From an uncultured Collinsella sp. (GTDB lineage Bacteria > Actinomycetota > Coriobacteriia > Coriobacteriales > Coriobacteriaceae): a stretch of DNA of 64,000 bases. Under the pieces are notes generated by a model. The model saw nothing but the letters and a program-made list of their open reading frames with translations. It searched no databases and was not told the DNA's origin. The stretch lies in NCBI GenBank assembly GCA_902489665.1, contig CABUAT010000005.1, forward strand, positions 17,864 through 81,863. Reading direction: 5' to 3'. This document shows, one piece after another, positions 57,345 to 64,000 of this stretch (within the stretch, counting starts at the first letter, position 1; each line of letters begins with the position of its first letter). A program made the position numbers and the translations under genes.

Positions 57345-59117
57345 TCAGTCGAGCTCGTGCGCACGCGCACCTTCGAACTGCATTCGATAGTAACGGGCAT
57401 AGGTGCCGCCACGGGCGAGAAGCTCCTCGTGCGTGCCACGCTCCACAACGCGACCATGCTCAACGGTCGCAATCTCATCGGCATGCTTAATGGTCGAAAG
57501 ACGATGGGCGATGATAATCGTGGTACGGCCGCGTGCCAGCTCTTCGAGCGACTCCTGCACCGCCTCCTCGCTCTCGTTATCCAAAGCACTCGTCGCCTCA
57601 TCCAAAATAAGGATCTTGGGATTCTTGAGAAACACGCGCGCGATGGCAACGCGCTGCTTCTGTCCGCCCGAAAGACGGCTGCCGCGCTCGCCTACCACGG
57701 TGTCGTAGCCCTGCGGAAGCGATTCGATAAAGGTATCGATATTGGCGCGGCGGGCCGCCTCGGCGATCTCTTCTGCCGTAGCACCCGGCTTGCCGTAGGC
57801 GATGTTCTCGCCGATTGTTCCGTCAAACAGGTAGACATCCTGCTGCACCAGGCCGATGGCACGACGCAGGCTATGCTGCGTCACGTCACGCACGTCCTGG
57901 CCGTCGATGCTAATGGAGCCGGCAGCCACGTCATAAAAGCGCGGCAGCAGCGAACAGGTCGTGGACTTGCCGCCGCCCGAAGGGCCAACCAAAGCGATGG
58001 TCTGCCCGGGCTTGATGGACAGATCCATATGGTCGATAACGGGACGCTCGTCGGCATCGCCCTCGCCCAGCTCGACATCCTCGTAGTTGAAGCACACGTC
58101 GTGATACTCCACGGCGCCGGCGGTCACCTGCAGATCCGTGGCGCCCGGCTTGTCCTGGATATCCGGCGCGGTCGAGAGCACCTCGTCCATACGCTTAAAG
58201 CCGGCAATAGCCTTCTGATACGTTTCGGCCGAATTGACGAGTGTCTCGAGCGGCGTGCAGAACAGCGAAATGTAGAGAGCGAAGGTTGCCATATCGACCG
58301 CCTGCAGCTGACCCTGGGCAACGAGCCAACCACCCAGCAGCACCACGATCACATAGAGCACACCCGAGAGCAGGCCATACGTCGCGGTATAGACGCCCAT
58401 GGCGTGATACATGTTCTCCTTGGACGAAAGGTAGCGATTGTTGGAGGCGCGGAACTTGGCACGCTCGGTCTCCTCATTGGCAAAACTCTTGACCACGCGC
58501 ATGCCCGCCAGCGAATCCTGCAGCTGCGCATTGATGCCGCTGATCTTTTTGCGGTTGTCGCTAAAGACCTCGCGCATGCGCATGTTCTGCCAAAACATGA
58601 CGACCGCAAACGCCGCCGTCACCACGGCCATGGCGAGTGCCAGCACCGGAGCGATGGTAAAGAGAATCACAAACGAGCCGATAATCTCGATGCCGCAGAT
58701 GATGATCCACTCGGGTACGTGGTGCGCCGCCTCGCAGATATCGAACAGGTCGTTGACCACGCGGCTCATCATGTCGCCCGAGCTGTTGCGGTCGAAGTAC
58801 GCAAAGCTAAAGCGCTCATACTGGTCGAACAGGTCCTCGCGCATCTTGGACTCCATGCGCGCGCCCATCACGTGACCCCAATAGCTCACAAAGTAGCGGC
58901 AGGCACAGCGGACGGCATACATCAGCACCAAGCCCACCGCGATCATGCCGAGCGCCTGCATAATGGCAGCCTGGCCCTGGGTAAACAGTCCACCGGTCAA
59001 ATTGCGCAGGATAATGGGGAACGCCAGGTCAATGGCGGCAAGCACCAGAGCACAAACAGTATCAGCAACAAAAAGCCCCATCTGGGGCTCGTAATACGAA
59101 AGAAACCTCTTAAACAT
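57345..59117 (-). CDS. ABC exporter, fused permease/ATPase (MsbA/MdlB-like)
   Basis: Start at the ATG at 59117 (MFKRFLSYYEP) with RBS AAGGTGA. It has a six-helix TMD followed by GPSGGGKST, LSGGQKQRVAIAR and ILILDEATSALD. Confidence 0.9.
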   Translation of the reverse strand: MFKRFLSYYEPQMGLFVADTVCALVLAAIDLAFPIILRNLTGGLFTQGQAAIMQALGMIAVGLVLMYAVRCACRYFVSYWGHVMGARMESKMREDLFDQYERFSFAYFDRNSSGDMMSRVVNDLFDICEAAHHVPEWIIICGIEIIGSFVILFTIAPVLALAMAVVTAAFAVVMFWQNMRMREVFSDNRKKISGINAQLQDSLAGMRVVKSFANEETERAKFRASNNRYLSSKENMYHAMGVYTATYGLLSGVLYVIVVLLGGWLVAQGQLQAVDMATFALYISLFCTPLETLVNSAETYQKAIAGFKRMDEVLSTAPDIQDKPGATDLQVTAGAVEYHDVCFNYEDVELGEGDADERPVIDHMDLSIKPGQTIALVGPSGGGKSTTCSLLPRFYDVAAGSISIDGQDVRDVTQHSLRRAIGLVQQDVYLFDGTIGENIAYGKPGATAEEIAEAARRANIDTFIESLPQGYDTVVGERGSRLSGGQKQRVAIARVFLKNPKILILDEATSALDNESEEAVQESLEELARGRTTIIIAHRLSTIKHADEIATVEHGRVVERGTHEELLARGGTYARYYRMQFEGARAHELD

Positions 59118-59301
59118 AATCACCTTACGCGGTTTTACCAAACCGCGTTTCGTCTCGACGCTGCAAGTGCCCCATTTGGACAATCTGGCCTTCAATCGTC
59201 GGTCGCGTATATCCATACGCTTCCCTCCTCTTTTAGGCCACCTTGTCTCAAATGGAGCACTTTCGCTGACTTACACAAACCTGCGGGATCATCCCCGCTC
59301 G

Positions 59302-60006
59302 TTAAAGCTCCGCGCCCCCAAGGCGATGCGCGATGCTGTCACAGGCCAAGGCGCCTACGACGGTCTTGGCGTCTTCGATCTTGCCGTCGAGTACGGCGTC
59401 GATCAGCTCGTGCAGCGGCACCAGGTCCACGTTGACAAACTCGTCATCATCGGGGTTGGGCGCATCAAACTCGAGCTTGGTAGCCAAGTAGATATGGATG
59501 ATCTCATCGCAAAAACCGCAGGACGTGACAATCGACGTCAAAAAGCGAATACGACCAGCCCTAAAGCCCGTCTCCTCATGCAGTTCGCGCTTGGCGCAAT
59601 CGAGCGGGTCCTCGCCCGGGTCGAGCTTGCCGGCAGGAATCTCGACCGTCACGCGGTCGATGGCGGTGCGGTACTGACGCACCAGTACGATCTTGCCGCT
59701 CTCGGTCAGTGCCACAACGGCCGCCGCACCCGGATGGCGAACGATATCGCGGGCGCTGCGGTGACCGTTGGGCAGCTCAACCTCAAGCCGGTGGACGTCG
59801 AGAATCTTGCCCTTCCAGGCGCACTCCTCCGAAAGAATCTTCTCGTGCAGCTCGGCATCGTGCGGGTCGTCATCGCCCAACACCAGCGCCGGCTCGTCAG
59901 CGACCTCACCACCAGGCTCGCCCTCGGCGTGCCCATACATGCGGCTGTCCTCTTCGACGATCTGCGCGTCCACGAGCTCTTCGTTCTTCTCGTCCATCCG
60001 TCTCAT
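59302..60006 (-). CDS. Nudix hydrolase (ADP-ribose pyrophosphatase-like)
   Basis: 234 aa with the Nudix box GKLDPGEDPLDCAKRELHEETG and an acidic ~55-aa N-terminal extension. Confidence 0.8.
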   Translation of the reverse strand: MRRMDEKNEELVDAQIVEEDSRMYGHAEGEPGGEVADEPALVLGDDDPHDAELHEKILSEECAWKGKILDVHRLEVELPNGHRSARDIVRHPGAAAVVALTESGKIVLVRQYRTAIDRVTVEIPAGKLDPGEDPLDCAKRELHEETGFRAGRIRFLTSIVTSCGFCDEIIHIYLATKLEFDAPNPDDDEFVNVDLVPLHELIDAVLDGKIEDAKTVVGALACDSIAHRLGGAEL

Positions 60007-60018
60007 TCCTCTCGGATT

Positions 60019-61323
<1,305 letters not shown>

Positions 61324-61440
61324 GGGTGCCTCCTCTATGGATGAATGGCCCGCTCCGCGCGAGCCCTTTGCAAGCAAATATACCCCTCGGCCGCCCGTCT
61401 GGGCTGCAAAGGGGTATATCGCAATAACCGTATAAACCGA

Positions 61441-62736
<1,296 letters not shown>

Positions 62737-62820
62737 TTACATTCATGGCCTGTCTACGCGCCATGCCGGCACGCAGAAGCACAAAACATTCCCAGTATAC
62801 CCGTGCAACGGGCGCCTGTC

Positions 62821-64000
62821 CTACTCCTCGGCATGTGCCCCATCAAGCTCATAGAACTTGGTGGATGCCGGCAGGAACATCAGGTCGACGTCGCCGATCG
62901 GGCCCGAACGGTTCTTGGCCACGACGATACGTGTAACGCCCTCGTCGGGTCGATCGTCGCGCGAGGCTTCGGCCTCGTCGGCGGAGCGGTCCAAGAACAT
63001 AACGATATCGGCGTCCTGCTCGATGGAGCCCGATTCACGAAGGTCGGAAAGCTGCGGGCGCTTGCCGGTACGGGATTCGACCTGACGCGAGAGCTGTGAC
63101 AGCGCGATGAGCGGGATCTTGAGCTCCTTGGCCATGATCTTCAAACCACGCGACATCTCCGAGACCTCGACGGTACGGCTCTCGGAGCGGCGTCCCGGCG
63201 GAGGACTCACCAGCTGCAGGTAGTCCAGGATGATGATTGCCTTCTCCTTGTTATGGAGCATACGGCGGCTCTTGGCGCGAATCTCGGTCACTGTGGTGCC
63301 GGGCGTATCGTCAATCAGAATATCGAGCTTGGACAAGGTCTGCGTAGCCTCGTTGATATTGGCCCACTGCTCGGGGCTAATGCGGCCCATGCGGAAGTCG
63401 CTGATCGAAATCATGGCGTAGGCGCAAATCAGACGCTGGGCAATTTCCTTGCCCGACATCTCCAGCGAGAAAAAGCCGACGGTATAACCGGCAGCGGCAG
63501 CGTTAAGTGCCAGGTTCAGAGCGAACGACGTCTTACCTACAGCAGGACGGGCGCCGATGATGATGAGCTGGCCCTCGCGAAAACCCATGAGCATGCGGTC
63601 GAGCGACGGGAAGCCCGTGGGCACGCCCGCAGCCTGGCCACCGGCCTGGCACACTTCCTCGGCCTCGTTATAGGCCTCGACCATAAACTCGGTCAGCGTC
63701 TTGTAGCTCGACTTGACCTCGCGCGCTGTAACCTTGAGCAGCTTGCTCTCGGCCAGCTCGACAACCTCTTTGGTGTCGGTGGGGGCGTTATATGCCAGCG
63801 CGTTGATCTCGTTGGTGGCGCCGATCAGCTCACGCAGCATCGAATCACGGCGAACGATGGCGGCATGGTGCTGCCAGTTGACGAGCGACAGGGTCTGACC
63901 CATCAACTCCAAAATGTACGCTTCGCCGCCCACGGCATCGAGTTTGTTGATGCTTCGCAGGTAATCGATCAGCGAAATGGAGTCGATGGGAATGCGACTG
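62821..64000 (-). CDS. dnaB: Replicative DNA helicase, C-terminal ~390 aa (N-terminus beyond the right edge)
   Basis: Walker A GARPAVGKTSF, IIILDYLQL and SQLSRQVE are present. The reading frame stays open upstream of the listed GTG to position 64000 (...IPIDSISLIDYLRSINKLDAVGGEAY). Confidence 0.9.
   Translation of the reverse strand, partial: SRIPIDSISLIDYLRSINKLDAVGGEAYILELMGQTLSLVNWQHHAAIVRRDSMLRELIGATNEINALAYNAPTDTKEVVELAESKLLKVTAREVKSSYKTLTEFMVEAYNEAEEVCQAGGQAAGVPTGFPSLDRMLMGFREGQLIIIGARPAVGKTSFALNLALNAAAAGYTVGFFSLEMSGKEIAQRLICAYAMISISDFRMGRISPEQWANINEATQTLSKLDILIDDTPGTTVTEIRAKSRRMLHNKEKAIIILDYLQLVSPPPGRRSESRTVEVSEMSRGLKIMAKELKIPLIALSQLSRQVESRTGKRPQLSDLRESGSIEQDADIVMFLDRSADEAEASRDDRPDEGVTRIVVAKNRSGPIGDVDLMFLPASTKFYELDGAHAEE

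Overview
GC-rich bacterial chromosome segment (by eye over 60% G+C). The strong third-position GC bias produces many long antisense shadow ORFs. Gene content suggests an anaerobic Actinomycetota, possibly Coriobacteriia-like, organism; this is inference only. I can support about 52 protein genes, one initiator-type tRNA-Met, several intrinsic terminators, and an unusually rich set of long intergenic palindromic repeats. The backbone is housekeeping: ABC-2 exporter plus two-component system (1-3338), coaX, a degenerate biotin-ligase-like gene, a folP-folK fusion, a cobB-like sirtuin, xth, an ECF transporter (T, fused A-A', S), glmU-prs-[insertion]-pth, an NfnAB-like oxidoreductase, a polar amino-acid ABC importer, yqeY, a parvulin PPIase, purN-purM-purF, purE-srtB-moaE-like, carA-carB, an ABC exporter, a Nudix hydrolase, purD, purA and dnaB (truncated at the right edge). 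An accessory-looking block spans 3.3-20.3 kb. It holds a 2098-aa LPXTG/vWA/isopeptide-repeat adhesin bracketed by repeat elements and a compact five-gene Ech-type group-4 [NiFe]-hydrogenase operon with a fused EchA-EchB-like membrane subunit. It also holds an orphan IS-OrfA-like HTH gene beside an AT-rich patch, an OYE/2,4-dienoyl-CoA-reductase-family flavoenzyme, and an 81-bp-periodic array of four palindromic units next to the tRNA. I saw no CRISPR array, rRNA, prophage, integrase or recognisable defence operon. The items most worth a second look are listed here. (i) Families of 150-200 bp nested palindromes whose arms differ between copies yet stay self-complementary, around conserved cores (3.4-3.8 kb, 10.4-10.9 kb, 34.5 kb, 51.0-51.4 kb). 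(ii) Directly repeated copies of these elements bracket the adhesin gene. (iii) The alternating-orientation repeat array at 19.9-20.2 kb. (iv) Two inverted 204-bp MITE-like elements flank a low-GC PD-(D/E)xK-like ORF inserted between prs and pth. (v) The minimal Ech-type hydrogenase with a subunit fusion and Ala/Lys/Glu-rich tails. All functional calls rest on motif recognition by eye; no database search was possible.
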